A DNA stretch of 64,000 nt from Escherichia phage T4. The translations under genes and the position numbers were made by a program. The notes below the pieces were generated by a model. It was not told the origin of the DNA and did no database searches. It worked only from the letters and a program-made list of their open reading frames with translations. This document shows, in pieces, positions 41,058 to 51,045 of the stretch (within the stretch, counting starts at the first letter, position 1; each line of letters starts with the position of its first letter). The stretch lies in the sequence record OL964745.1; one strand, 5' to 3'.

Positions 41058-41595
41058 ACTCATAAGCTTGGAATGCATCGTATACGTCTTTTTCTGTTTT
41101 AGATTGAGCATAATTCAACGCATCAGCGATTTGCCATTTTTCTGCATCCTCAATATGTTTTGCATAGGTGCGTTTAACATAAGGAGAAAGTACTTTATCT
41201 ACATTCGCAAAAGTCGTTCCGCCGTATTGGTGAGAAGCAACTTGCGCAGTAATTTGTGCCATAATTGCAGTAGCAACTCCAATTGATTTAGGAGTTTCAA
41301 TCTGCGCATTACCAAGCTTAAATCCGTTTTCAAGCATTCCTTTTAAATATACTAAACAGCAATTAGTAAATGGAAGAGCAGGGGAATAATCAATATCATG
41401 CACGTGAATAATTCCGCTTTCATGCGCTTTCATAATAAAAGACGGGACCATATTTTTGGCAATGTGTTTAGACACAATACCAGCCATAAGGTCCCGTTGA
41501 GTTGGAAAAACACGAGAATCTTTATTAGCATTCTCGTTTAAAAGGTCTTTATTAGTTTTATGAATTAATCCTTCAATTTCTTTTTCAATTGTCAT
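41058..41595 (-). pseudogene. nrdD: anaerobic ribonucleotide reductase NrdD, exon 1 only
   Basis: N-terminal class III RNR sequence (ENANKDS, HVHDIDY, FTNCC with Cys at residue 79), ending ..FQAYE at GCTTATGAGT immediately before the intron; no exon 2 in the window. Confidence 0.8.
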
Positions 41596-42065
41596 TTTAA
41601 ACTCTTTCTAAGCTGCTTCTTGAATGAAGCTATTAATTGTGTTTTGGTGTCAGATTCATTATATTCAAATCCTCTTTGAAGCATCTCGGCCATCATTTCC
41701 TCTTTTCCTAAACGAGAAAATTCCTTTGATTTATCTCCAACAAAGTTAGGGTGAATATTATTTTGGGTGTAATCGGATTTTAAATAAGTAAGTAAATTTT
41801 CTAACCATTCAAGATAATCAACACCTTGTCCCTTTAAGCCAGAACGATTAAATTTATGCTTCATTTGACCTTCTGCAGCATTGCATAGATTACAAAGCAA
41901 TCCACGCACCTTTCCTGCTTTTGGTCCATTTAATTCATGGTCATGGTCGAGGTGATTAGCTTGAACATCAGGATTTAGTTCTCGTTGGCAAATTAAGCAT
42001 TTACCGTTTTGTGCATCATAAAATTTCTGTTTTTCTTCTTTGTATAATTTGCCAGTCAATAACAT
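41592..42065 (-). CDS. 49: endonuclease VII gp49 (Holliday junction resolvase)
   Basis: 157-aa ORF with zinc-binding CLICQ...HLDHDH...CNLCN motif. Confidence 0.9.
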   Translation of the reverse strand: MLLTGKLYKEEKQKFYDAQNGKCLICQRELNPDVQANHLDHDHELNGPKAGKVRGLLCNLCNAAEGQMKHKFNRSGLKGQGVDYLEWLENLLTYLKSDYTQNNIHPNFVGDKSKEFSRLGKEEMMAEMLQRGFEYNESDTKTQLIASFKKQLRKSLK

Positions 42066-42106
42066 AATAAACCCTTACCTTAAATAGATAAGGGTATTTA
42101 TTATTT

Positions 42107-42610
42107 TCAAGTATTGTAAAACATTTGATGCAATCGCTTATATTGCTGAATCATTCGGTCAGAAAAAGAAATTTGAGTTTCAAGCCATTCAATGTACTCT
42201 GCGGCAGCTTGCATTAAATTTCCTTCATAGCCATCGTTATTTTCTTGTGCAGCTAATTTAGCTAATGCGTATGAAATACGTTCACCTTGAAAATCGGCTT
42301 TAGGCTTCTGAACAACTTGATTAGTTCGCTCTACAACTTCTTCAATTTCGCCATTTTCTACTGATTCAGTATTCCACAAACACCAATACGTAATTGGCTT
42401 ATCGTAGATGTTAATAATCTTTCCATCAGAAAGTTCAATTTCAATAATTCCAGTGTCAGGCTCTATATCATCTTCACATTCTTTTACAAGTTCACGAACT
42501 TTAAAGACAGTACCTGCACTAAGTTCCGGCCAGTAATTACACAGCCCTGTATCAGCACGATTAATTCTAAACCATTTATCTACTGTAATCATGTCCCATC
42601 TCCATATCAA
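42107..42610 (-). CDS. pin: Pin (inhibitor of host Lon protease)-like protein
   Basis: ORF between 49 and nrdC; real start probably MITVDKW (161 aa). Confidence 0.55.
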   Translation of the reverse strand: MIWRWDMITVDKWFRINRADTGLCNYWPELSAGTVFKVRELVKECEDDIEPDTGIIEIELSDGKIINIYDKPITYWCLWNTESVENGEIEEVVERTNQVVQKPKADFQGERISYALAKLAAQENNDGYEGNLMQAAAEYIEWLETQISFSDRMIQQYKRLHQMFYNT

Positions 42611-42715
42611 TTAAGTCATTTATCGTTGGTTCATTATACACCGTTTCTTCATCAGTGTAAACCGGTTCTTCCGGCTCTGGCTCTACAGTTTCCCATCTAG
42701 CCGCCCACCAAGGTT

Positions 42716-43036
42716 TTATAGCGTAATCCATTCTCGTACTGTCTGAGTTACTACACGTTCTCGAAGCTCAACCAGTTCAACAGTAGGAACTGCATAATAC
42801 CAGTCAGAATGGTAAGAACCTGAGCGAGATTCATTTACAGCCACATGTACATTATGTTTTGGACTAAAATAAACACACTGACGATATTGGCATTTACCAT
42901 CTTGCACCCAGTCTTCTATTTCGATAGGTTTAAGATAGTCGGAAAAATCGAAATCATAGTTTTCCGAAAATGCATCATGGTCTTCAATGATTTCGCTCAG
43001 AACTGCATCAACATCTAATTTATTTTCAATATTCAT
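42716..43036 (-). CDS. hypothetical protein (106 aa)
   Basis: ORF track. Confidence 0.4.
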   Translation of the reverse strand: MNIENKLDVDAVLSEIIEDHDAFSENYDFDFSDYLKPIEIEDWVQDGKCQYRQCVYFSPKHNVHVAVNESRSGSYHSDWYYAVPTVELVELRERVVTQTVREWITL

Positions 43037-43341
43037 TTTTCACACCACCAACTGCTTACTTCAAAATCGGGTTCGCCATGTTCCCAGAACCAGGGGCCGA
43101 TAGGAATCCACTTACCTTCATCGGTGACGTCATATTCTTCGGATTTAAGCCCAACGTATCGCCATTCGACTTCATAAGCGGTACCACCGATTACAACTGT
43201 GTTCTCGCCATACGGGTTAGACACAACAAAGTCTATACCTTCTGCTTTAGCTAACCAAATCATGTATTCATAGAGTTTATATTCCAGGTCGCCTTCTGTT
43301 CCATCGCCTAGAAAAATAATTTGTTCATTTAATTCTATCAT
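43033..43341 (-). CDS. hypothetical protein (102 aa)
   Basis: ORF track. Confidence 0.4.
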   Translation of the reverse strand: MIELNEQIIFLGDGTEGDLEYKLYEYMIWLAKAEGIDFVVSNPYGENTVVIGGTAYEVEWRYVGLKSEEYDVTDEGKWIPIGPWFWEHGEPDFEVSSWWCEK

Positions 43342-43601
43342 TTAAAGTATTCCCGCAATTGGTCAAATCCACCAATATGACTTCCATCAGGAGCAAATAC
43401 CTGAGGCATTGTTAAGCCGATTTGAGTATCACGACCTAGTTTAGTCAGAAGCTCAGCAATTTTCTCATCATCAAAAACACCTTTTTCCGGCATAATGTTG
43501 ATAAATTCAAACGGCTGTTTCTTCACAGTCAAAAGACGTTTTGCATTATCGCAATACACACATTTATGAATGTTGCTATCATAACCATATACTTTAAACA
43601 T
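43338..43601 (-). CDS. nrdC: thioredoxin/glutaredoxin NrdC
   Basis: 87-aa ORF with CVYC active site. Confidence 0.85.
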   Translation of the reverse strand: MFKVYGYDSNIHKCVYCDNAKRLLTVKKQPFEFINIMPEKGVFDDEKIAELLTKLGRDTQIGLTMPQVFAPDGSHIGGFDQLREYFK

Positions 43602-44208
43602 ATTATTCCTTAATTCCTAGTACTTGTTTAAAAGTCTCGTCGTAATCAAGACTTTGGCCCGTTTGTTCTTTATGCTTGTATATAATCACTTACTTCTGAT
43701 AGCATATTTTTATATGAACGAGTTAAAGCAGATTTAAGCACGCTGTATCTATCAGGAAATTTACCGTGTTCATTATAATAAGCTTGCTAATTCACGGACT
43801 GCCTTTTCAGCAGTCTCCATATTCTTTACGCTTTGTCATTTTCTTCTCGGTCAAATCGGTGTTTACAATGGCGACATTTAACGAAGATTATTAGTCTGCC
43901 AATGGACCAATTGCACCTGTTCAGTTCCACATTCAGGGCAATTAGGAACGTTTTTAGAAGCCCTTTCGCGACGTTCAACCATGACCATTACAGAATCCCA
44001 ATTAACAGGAGGGCTAATCATCACAACCATAAATCTTTCCACGCATTTCCAGATCGTCTTCTTCACCAGCCATAATAATTTTAATTAGACTAGAATTACT
44101 TGAAGCTGCAATGTCTTCTAATAGACGCTTTTTCATTTCAATACCTCAATAGCAGTTCTTCTCACTTGGTTAATGATTTATACTCCGAGCCATCCTTGGC
44201 TTTAAATT

Positions 44209-44499
44209 TTACTTAATTAACTGCAAAGCTTGTTCTAGACGATCAAGACGATTAACGGATTCTTCCCAAATCTTTTTAGCCTGCTCATATTCTTTCTGCG
44301 CTTTATTAGAAATTTCTAGAACTTCTTTATAAGCTTTTTCTAGTGCAATAACTTCTGGACGAATTTCTATCGGTTCAGGTGAATCATCAAGACATTCCAT
44401 TAGTTCCTCAAGGGTAGTTTCTTCTTTAGGAGTATTCACAATTTCATCACATTTTTGTTGGTAAATTTCTTTACTAGTAGGTGAATAAGCACATTTCAC
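44209..44499 (-). CDS. hypothetical protein (96 aa)
   Basis: ORF track. Confidence 0.4.
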   Translation of the reverse strand: MKCAYSPTSKEIYQQKCDEIVNTPKEETTLEELMECLDDSPEPIEIRPEVIALEKAYKEVLEISNKAQKEYEQAKKIWEESVNRLDRLEQALQLIK

Positions 44500-44900
44500 T
44501 TCACGAAGGCTAATTACGAGTTTATATCCTTCCCAACCGCATATTCTTAAAAGGATATGTATGAATTTCTACTGTTTCCATACAAAGTAATGCGGTCTCT
44601 AATTGACGAGTTAGTGCTAGCAATTGAGAAAAATTTATTAATATTCTTTTGGTTAGTTTCTGGTGTAAAAAATCCATAATTCACAAATAGATACTTTATT
44701 TTTATCAAGTTCATATTCTTTTATGATAATCATATCAGAAGCCAAAGGATGAATTTGACGATAATCGCCAACATAATTTAGAAGCTGATTTTAGAATTTG
44801 CTTCTTGAAAAGTCTGAAATTACTAATCCAACGACGAGTAAAAATATTCTCAGGGTCTTCTTTATTATTGAGATGATAAGAATTAACATCACCGAACCAA

Positions 44901-45155
44901 TTATCCTACTACATCTTTAGTTCGTTTAATTTCTTTCCCAAAATTACCAAGAATATCCCGATTAACCAAATATGAAAGAAGACGAGACTCTTTAAAGGTT
45001 TTCTTGATAACATCTTTATCTACACGGCTAGAAATTTTACGAATTTCATGAATAAATTTAGTAGAAGAAACAATACTTGCATCAACACTATTGAGCCACT
45101 GATTGATAATAGAAAGAACGCTATTTTGGCCAAACATCGGTATAGCTATCATCAA
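44901..45155 (-). CDS. hypothetical protein (84 aa)
   Basis: ORF track. Confidence 0.35.
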   Translation of the reverse strand: MMIAIPMFGQNSVLSIINQWLNSVDASIVSSTKFIHEIRKISSRVDKDVIKKTFKESRLLSYLVNRDILGNFGKEIKRTKDVVG

Positions 45156-45221
45156 TAACGCTATTGAATGATTTGATATTCGTTACGAGTCATATTAATC
45201 TCCTCAGTAGAAAGTAAGAAC

Positions 45222-45252
45222 ATTATACCACATCCTTGTGGCAAAGTAAACT
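45222..45252 (-). promoter_or_regulatory. T4 early promoter
   Basis: Minus strand GTTTAC (rc 45247-45252) then TGGTATAAT (rc 45222-45230). Confidence 0.5.
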
Positions 45253-45511
45253 AGTTCAGTGCATTTAGTGCATTGTTCAGTTTAGAACGTTGCTTTGTCA
45301 GATTTTGAACCCTTGACTGAGCTTGTTCTAACGCCTTTTCAGCTTCTAGCACTTCATTGGTCGCTTTAACTAATTCAGCATCTACTGCCTTAAGAGACTT
45401 CTCAATCGCATCCGCGTGCCATTTTTCAACAGGTTTAAGACTTGGATTTTCAACAGGAAGAAAATTCACTTTATTGAATTTCCATGCATCTTTATTACCT
45501 GAGCTATACAT
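45251..45511 (-). CDS. hypothetical coiled-coil protein (86 aa)
   Basis: ORF track. Confidence 0.4.
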   Translation of the reverse strand: MYSSGNKDAWKFNKVNFLPVENPSLKPVEKWHADAIEKSLKAVDAELVKATNEVLEAEKALEQAQSRVQNLTKQRSKLNNALNALN

Positions 45512-45539
45512 CCAAAATTTAGGATCGTTTGATAAGTAA

Positions 45540-46271
45540 TTAGATATTTAAGTTATCTTGCACTTCTTGCTTTTTCTCTTGTGTGACTTCGTCCTTTCTC
45601 AAAAATTCATATTTAAATGAAACGATCATATCAAGTTCATATGATGTTGTATCTAACTTAAATCGTTCAAAACGAGGTAAAATCTTAGATTGAACAGCAG
45701 CAACAACATCCATATACTTAAATGCTTCTGTCAACTGCGATTTAAGGCATTCGCAAATTGAAAGAGAATTTTTTGTATTAGGTTTAAAGCTAATTCGTGC
45801 AGTTCTATTATTTTCTTTTAACGGTCTTACTTCCATCTGAAGAGTATAACCATCAAATTTCAGATTCTTTAAGTTAATGTCAGAGCCTTTTAATCGACTA
45901 GCAGTAGACAAAATTTGCTTTAATTGTCTACGGAACAGAGCAATAAATCTCCATTCAATACGATAATGATTTGGATTGAAAAATCCAGATGATAAATCGA
46001 CCTTACTTTGACCAACGCCTTGAACAAATAGAGGATTTTTATAATCAATAGTTTTACAGAAATCGGTGAGCTGTTCACGAGCAGTCATTTGAGTAATATA
46101 CCCTGCTTTACTAAAATTACGCACCCATTCACTGCTATTCGTATACTTAAAGTGATGAATAACACGATTAACTTTATCAGGGTCTAAATTATTTTCACAC
46201 AAAAATGTCATAACATCACGAGTATAGCTGGCATTACGAACCATATCTTCAATTTGAGAACGAGTTTTCAT
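45540..46271 (-). CDS. hypothetical protein (243 aa)
   Basis: ORF track. Confidence 0.5.
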   Translation of the reverse strand: MKTRSQIEDMVRNASYTRDVMTFLCENNLDPDKVNRVIHHFKYTNSSEWVRNFSKAGYITQMTAREQLTDFCKTIDYKNPLFVQGVGQSKVDLSSGFFNPNHYRIEWRFIALFRRQLKQILSTASRLKGSDINLKNLKFDGYTLQMEVRPLKENNRTARISFKPNTKNSLSICECLKSQLTEAFKYMDVVAAVQSKILPRFERFKLDTTSYELDMIVSFKYEFLRKDEVTQEKKQEVQDNLNI

Positions 46272-46279
46272 GGTGTTCC

Positions 46280-47191
46280 TTAAGATTTAAGTAAATCAAC
46301 AATTTTAATTAACTTTTCACGCTCAGATTTAGCTTTACTACTCAATCCAGATAGTCTGAAAATTTCATCATATTGTTGAATAGAAATATTCAGCTCTTCA
46401 ATTTGCTTATTAAAATAATCAATTTGTTCAGAATGTTTTTCGTTACTACGAACTGGTACAGGTTTTGTAGGCAATTTAGTTGAACTGGATTCATTCGGGC
46501 GATAAATTAAAATGCAATTTGAACCAATCGGGCATTTAGCACCAGATGAATATTCTAACGTTCCAGCTTCTTTTAAAACTTCAAAAGCTAAACAGAGATG
46601 ATGCCCCATATTAACATAATCAGTAGAGCGAGCTCTGATGTAATAATCATCTCCACGAGTGCTAAATTTAAAGCATTTAAGGTCTTCTGTATTATTAGTT
46701 TTAAAAATCATTTGTTTATCTAGACCTTTAGCCAATCGAGCACCTAATGCTAATAATCGTCGTTGATTTTCCCACAAATCTGCGATCATTTGGTCAAATG
46801 ATAATTTCGGCATTAGCCGACCATAAAGGTCATATCCTTTATTATAATTGCGAAGGATTTCACTCGCATTAATACGAGACAACGCTCCAATTTTATTAAG
46901 GGCTTTCATAATACGATTAGATAAACTCATTCCAGACCCGTTTGTTCGCTGTAAATGTTTTTCTAATCCAAATCCAATATCAACTTTAAATTTATCTAAA
47001 ATTTCAGCATGAACATCTCTGTCAATAACATTCAAATCCAAAGTTGGGTTAAATCTATGAAAAAATTTATCTGGCTCTCCACGACGTAAAACAGTCCATT
47101 CATTCATCATTTTTTTATTAACTAAAGATTTAATTACTGCGTTGACATTATTAATTACTACTGACATATTTTCCTCACTCAATTTTACCAA
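46280..47191 (-). CDS. hypothetical protein (303 aa)
   Basis: ORF track. Confidence 0.5.
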   Translation of the reverse strand: MVKLSEENMSVVINNVNAVIKSLVNKKMMNEWTVLRRGEPDKFFHRFNPTLDLNVIDRDVHAEILDKFKVDIGFGLEKHLQRTNGSGMSLSNRIMKALNKIGALSRINASEILRNYNKGYDLYGRLMPKLSFDQMIADLWENQRRLLALGARLAKGLDKQMIFKTNNTEDLKCFKFSTRGDDYYIRARSTDYVNMGHHLCLAFEVLKEAGTLEYSSGAKCPIGSNCILIYRPNESSSTKLPTKPVPVRSNEKHSEQIDYFNKQIEELNISIQQYDEIFRLSGLSSKAKSEREKLIKIVDLLKS

Positions 47192-47408
47192 TTACGCGGA
47201 ATAAGATTGAACAGACTATATAAGTACCACATATAGATTGAACTAATGCCATTCCAAAGAACCAAACAATATTATCAAACCATGTCTGTTTTACGTCGAA
47301 AGGACGTAAACTTACAGTAATATTATCACCTTTTTCTATTGAAGAATACATCTCTGGGGGAAATATATTCACTAAATCTATAACCGTCTTTGAGTTCATA
47401 TACAGCAA
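47175..47408 (-). CDS. hypothetical membrane protein (77 aa)
   Basis: ORF track; overlaps next ORF by 83 nt. Confidence 0.35.
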   Translation of the reverse strand: MLYMNSKTVIDLVNIFPPEMYSSIEKGDNITVSLRPFDVKQTWFDNIVWFFGMALVQSICGTYIVCSILFRVIGKIE

Positions 47409-47577
47409 TAAACGATAAACTAGACCCCTTTCCTTGAGTTCCTGTAAGGGTATTAACTACAGTAACATCATAATCTTTATAATGCATATAATCATTAATT
47501 GCGTAATAACCATATGCAATTACTATACATAAACAACATATCAATAAATTCAATCTTTTAATTATCAACTGTTTCAT
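47326..47577 (-). CDS. hypothetical membrane protein (83 aa)
   Basis: ORF track. Confidence 0.35.
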   Translation of the reverse strand: MKQLIIKRLNLLICCLCIVIAYGYYAINDYMHYKDYDVTVVNTLTGTQGKGSSLSFIAVYELKDGYRFSEYISPRDVFFNRKR

Positions 47578-47632
47578 AATAATCTCAATTAAAAGGGCTT
47601 AGAACCATTATACCATCCTTGGTATAAAGCGG

Positions 47633-48220
47633 TTATGCGAGTACCGTATTTAACCGTTCTTCAAACTTCCGAAGAGTGTTCTGGCGTTCAGCTCTTTGCT
47701 TTTTGTAAGTTTCAATACGCTCTGAAATGAGAGTGTATCGTTCATTTACTGATTCTTTCATAAAATCAGGAATTTCACGAGAAGCTTTAATCTCGTCAAA
47801 TTTATCAATAACAGCTTGCTCTTCAGCAATTAAGTTATCATACATCAAAATATCTTTCTTGATGAACTCAATATCTTCTTGAGTTACACGAGATAATTTA
47901 GATGCTTTATCCTTTTTGTACTGTTCGTTAGTATCACGAGACCAGTGTAATGTACGATTTTTATTCGTATTCTTGTAAATTTCTACAATACCAATCTCAT
48001 CGATAATAACGATCCAATTCCAACGGGATTTGTAAATTTGTCCTCCATTAACAGTGATTTCACCTCCGATTGAGATGTCATTAAAGAACTTGCTTTGTGC
48101 TTCTGATTTAAATTTACCATCGTTGTAATTTACCAGGTTGAAAATATCTTTAGCGTTCATTTTGTGTTCCTCCGTAGTTGATAGTTGTATAGTACCACAG
48201 AGGAACGGTCTTGTAAACAA
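47633..48220 (-). CDS. hypothetical protein (195 aa)
   Basis: ORF track. Confidence 0.45.
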   Translation of the reverse strand: MFTRPFLCGTIQLSTTEEHKMNAKDIFNLVNYNDGKFKSEAQSKFFNDISIGGEITVNGGQIYKSRWNWIVIIDEIGIVEIYKNTNKNRTLHWSRDTNEQYKKDKASKLSRVTQEDIEFIKKDILMYDNLIAEEQAVIDKFDEIKASREIPDFMKESVNERYTLISERIETYKKQRAERQNTLRKFEERLNTVLA

Positions 48221-48535
48221 CTAAAAGAAACTTCTTTCACAATTTTTTCCACTGAACCAAGCGCTCACTGCTTTCTTAGTTTCAGGAGCAGTGTTATCCA
48301 TAAACCATTCAAAGGCAGCCTTTTTATGATTCTGGAGGGCTTCTCGGGCTTTAATCTGCTCACGGTCTATTAACACTAACATATGAGCCTTTCTTGTCAC
48401 CAGGGGCTTCTTATGATTTTTTGAATACTCCCAATCATTTGTCCATCGCATCGTTGTTGCGAATTGAAATACAGCTTCTTTAATCTTAGTTTCGTAAATT
48501 TCACGAGCCTTTGAGTATAACATCATTACCTCCAT
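48221..48535 (-). CDS. hypothetical protein (104 aa)
   Basis: ORF track. Confidence 0.4.
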   Translation of the reverse strand: MEVMMLYSKAREIYETKIKEAVFQFATTMRWTNDWEYSKNHKKPLVTRKAHMLVLIDREQIKAREALQNHKKAAFEWFMDNTAPETKKAVSAWFSGKNCERSFF

Positions 48536-48625
48536 TTACCAGTTTAATTCTAGTCATCTTTTTGATGGCAGTCCATATAATCTATTTCTGAACTGCCTTT
48601 TTGTCTTAGAAGGCCTCTTATGAAT

Positions 48626-49606
48626 TTATTTCAGAAGAGTAACCGTAGCGATTTCTTCCCAACCGTTTTTGTCGGTCATAATAAAGTCAGCAAGATAAAG
48701 TGCAGTACGCAGTGAAACATTACGTAAACGGTTAACATTGACTTTCATCCATGATAATGCTTTATAAGTTTCTTCATCAGAAAGACCACGCTTTTGCATC
48801 ATGTCGGTTGAAAGAATAACATCTTCAACCCTGACCATAATTTCTTCATTAGTGTGAACACCCAAATCCAAATAAACTGAGCGGGACACTAATGCTTGTA
48901 AATGTGGAGCAAGTTTAGTACCACGGTCTAATTCGCGGTCAATGTCAACGTTTGTGATAAAAACAATTGTTCCTTTAAATTCAAACTCACGCTCAATGCC
49001 TTTTTCTTCTAAGTAAGAAGATGCAGTGCTCCAGCAGACTTTACGGGTCTCTCCAGTGTCCAGAGCAGCTTTCAGAAGATTAAGAATGTCCATATCAGAG
49101 AAAACATCCACATCATCAATCAAAAGGACAGAATTCTCTTCACGATTATTCCAAAGCTGTTCATAAAGACCGATACCAGAGATTTTACCGTTAATGCTTT
49201 TATACTCAATGTATCCAATATCATTTGCTTTATTCAAAGCTTTATCTAAAGAATATGTTTTACCAATACCCGCCGCACCAGAGATAATTAATGAACGAAT
49301 ATTTCCGTTAATAATACCATTCGTCATCATTCCCATAACATTAAATCTTTTATTAATGCGGGTTTTCATATCTTCATATGATTCTTTAACTTCTTCAACT
49401 TTTACACCATCATATGAAATGTCTGATTTGTAAACCCAAACACCGCGACGTTTACCGTCAATTTCAACAAAAACTTTACCATCTCCTTGTGCATCTACCG
49501 GAGCATTATCAGGGAACCATTCACCTAAGAGCTCAAAAGTTCCAGAGATTTCTTTACCGAAGTAGATACCCTTATTGATAGTTACAGTTTTCATTTTATT
49601 CTCCAA
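48626..49606 (-). CDS. AAA+/P-loop ATPase of unknown function (326 aa)
   Basis: Walker A ISGAAGIGKT and Walker B VLLIDDVD. Confidence 0.55.
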   Translation of the reverse strand: MENKMKTVTINKGIYFGKEISGTFELLGEWFPDNAPVDAQGDGKVFVEIDGKRRGVWVYKSDISYDGVKVEEVKESYEDMKTRINKRFNVMGMMTNGIINGNIRSLIISGAAGIGKTYSLDKALNKANDIGYIEYKSINGKISGIGLYEQLWNNREENSVLLIDDVDVFSDMDILNLLKAALDTGETRKVCWSTASSYLEEKGIEREFEFKGTIVFITNVDIDRELDRGTKLAPHLQALVSRSVYLDLGVHTNEEIMVRVEDVILSTDMMQKRGLSDEETYKALSWMKVNVNRLRNVSLRTALYLADFIMTDKNGWEEIATVTLLK

Positions 49607-49680
49607 ATCCGTATCAGTTGATAGTTGTATAGTACCATAAAGCTTTATGCTTGTAAACCGTTTTGTGAAAAAATTTTGAA

Positions 49681-49708
49681 ATAAAAAAGGGAGCCCGAAG
49701 GCTCCCTA
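49681..49708 (-). terminator. UUCG hairpin terminator
   Basis: Minus RNA GGGAGCC-UUCG-GGCUCCC followed by UUUUUU. Confidence 0.6.
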
Positions 49709-50056
49709 TCATTTATAATAACTTCGATGGTTTTCAAGATAAACCCTCTCAAGGAAGTCATCCCAGAAACTCATGTCTACTTTTTGCTGCATACCGTTCT
49801 TAGAAGCTTCAGTAGATGCTGCTTCTATAAATCCTGGGCATGAAGAATAAAAATGAATTTTATGCTCATCATTAATGCTTACAATTTTATCAGTGTAAGC
49901 ATATTCAATTTGGGTTAAACGAACAATTTCGCTAGGCGTAAAATATAACATGTCATCTTCTTGCGTCAAACGATACATGTTATTTACTTTTTCTATAGCC
50001 AATTCACCAAAAAGTGGACTAACTTCTAATACTAGTCGTTTCGCCTCGCTCATCAT
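49709..50056 (-). CDS. hypothetical protein (115 aa)
   Basis: ORF track. Confidence 0.4.
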   Translation of the reverse strand: MMSEAKRLVLEVSPLFGELAIEKVNNMYRLTQEDDMLYFTPSEIVRLTQIEYAYTDKIVSINDEHKIHFYSSCPGFIEAASTEASKNGMQQKVDMSFWDDFLERVYLENHRSYYK

Positions 50057-50383
50057 TACATACTCCTCTGAATCATATTAATAATGTTATTCACCAGATT
50101 ATAAGTAAACATTGGGTAATTATATTGAATCATCACATATATAACAAACAAAACTTTCATTCTCTTCTCCTTGGCAGTTGACAAGATTACTATACCATAA
50201 TCTTGTCAACTTGTAAACCATTAAATGACGTTTTCGATAAAATTTTGAAGCTTTGTATGAGCATCAACCATGATTTTCATTTCTTCCTTGGCAAAAGCTG
50301 TGCCTCTTTCCCGAGAAGAACATTCATAGTCAGAAACTGCATTAGCATATTCTTCAATTAGCTTCATTAAAAACATCTGTTTT

Positions 50384-50578
50384 TCAGTTTTCATTATTCC
50401 ACCTAATCATTTCAAGATATTGAACTAACTTAGCTTTGGATTTATCCAAATCCCTTTTAGCTGCTTCTATACCGTCGTATGAATATCCTTCACAATGCTC
50501 AACTGCTAATTGATATGAATCTATTTCAATATCATGCGCTAATTTAATGATTTTTTCAAACTGTTCGCGTGTTAGCAT
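50384..50578 (-). CDS. hypothetical protein (64 aa)
   Basis: ORF track. Confidence 0.35.
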   Translation of the reverse strand: MLTREQFEKIIKLAHDIEIDSYQLAVEHCEGYSYDGIEAAKRDLDKSKAKLVQYLEMIRWNNEN

Positions 50579-50580
50579 AC

Positions 50581-50799
50581 TTAAACTCTCGTATTATGAT
50601 CGATAATTTCATCAAGAAACATATCTAACGCTTCTACAGCATTATTAACTTTAGCTTCAAATTCTTCAATACCTGATAAGGCAAAGTTAATGCGTTCCTC
50701 ATCTGCTTTACGAATTAAAGCTACCAATTCCTTAATTTTATCCGCTTGTTCGATACTAATCATTATTCCACCACATATGAAAGAGAGAATATTGCACAC
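50581..50799 (-). CDS. hypothetical protein (72 aa)
   Basis: ORF track. Confidence 0.35.
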   Translation of the reverse strand: MCNILSFICGGIMISIEQADKIKELVALIRKADEERINFALSGIEEFEAKVNNAVEALDMFLDEIIDHNTRV

Positions 50800-51016
50800 G
50801 CCATGTGAGTTGCAACTTCATCACACATTATAACGTTTCTTAAGAAGTTCTACAAGTTCTTCACTAGTAACTTCATCCATGTCGACGAAAAAATCACCAT
50901 TAATGATGACGTAGATATTTCCTTCTTGATTGAGTGCTTCAATTTTCATGATGTTCTCCTCTTTATCCGATGGTTGTATAGTACCACAGCTCAAACGGAA
51001 AGTAAACCGGTAAAAT

Positions 51017-51042
51017 GAAAAAAAGTCTCCCGAAGGAGACTA
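51017..51042 (-). terminator. UUCG hairpin terminator
   Basis: Minus RNA GUCUCC-UUCG-GGAGAC followed by UUUUUUU. Confidence 0.6.
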
Positions 51043-51045
51043 ATG

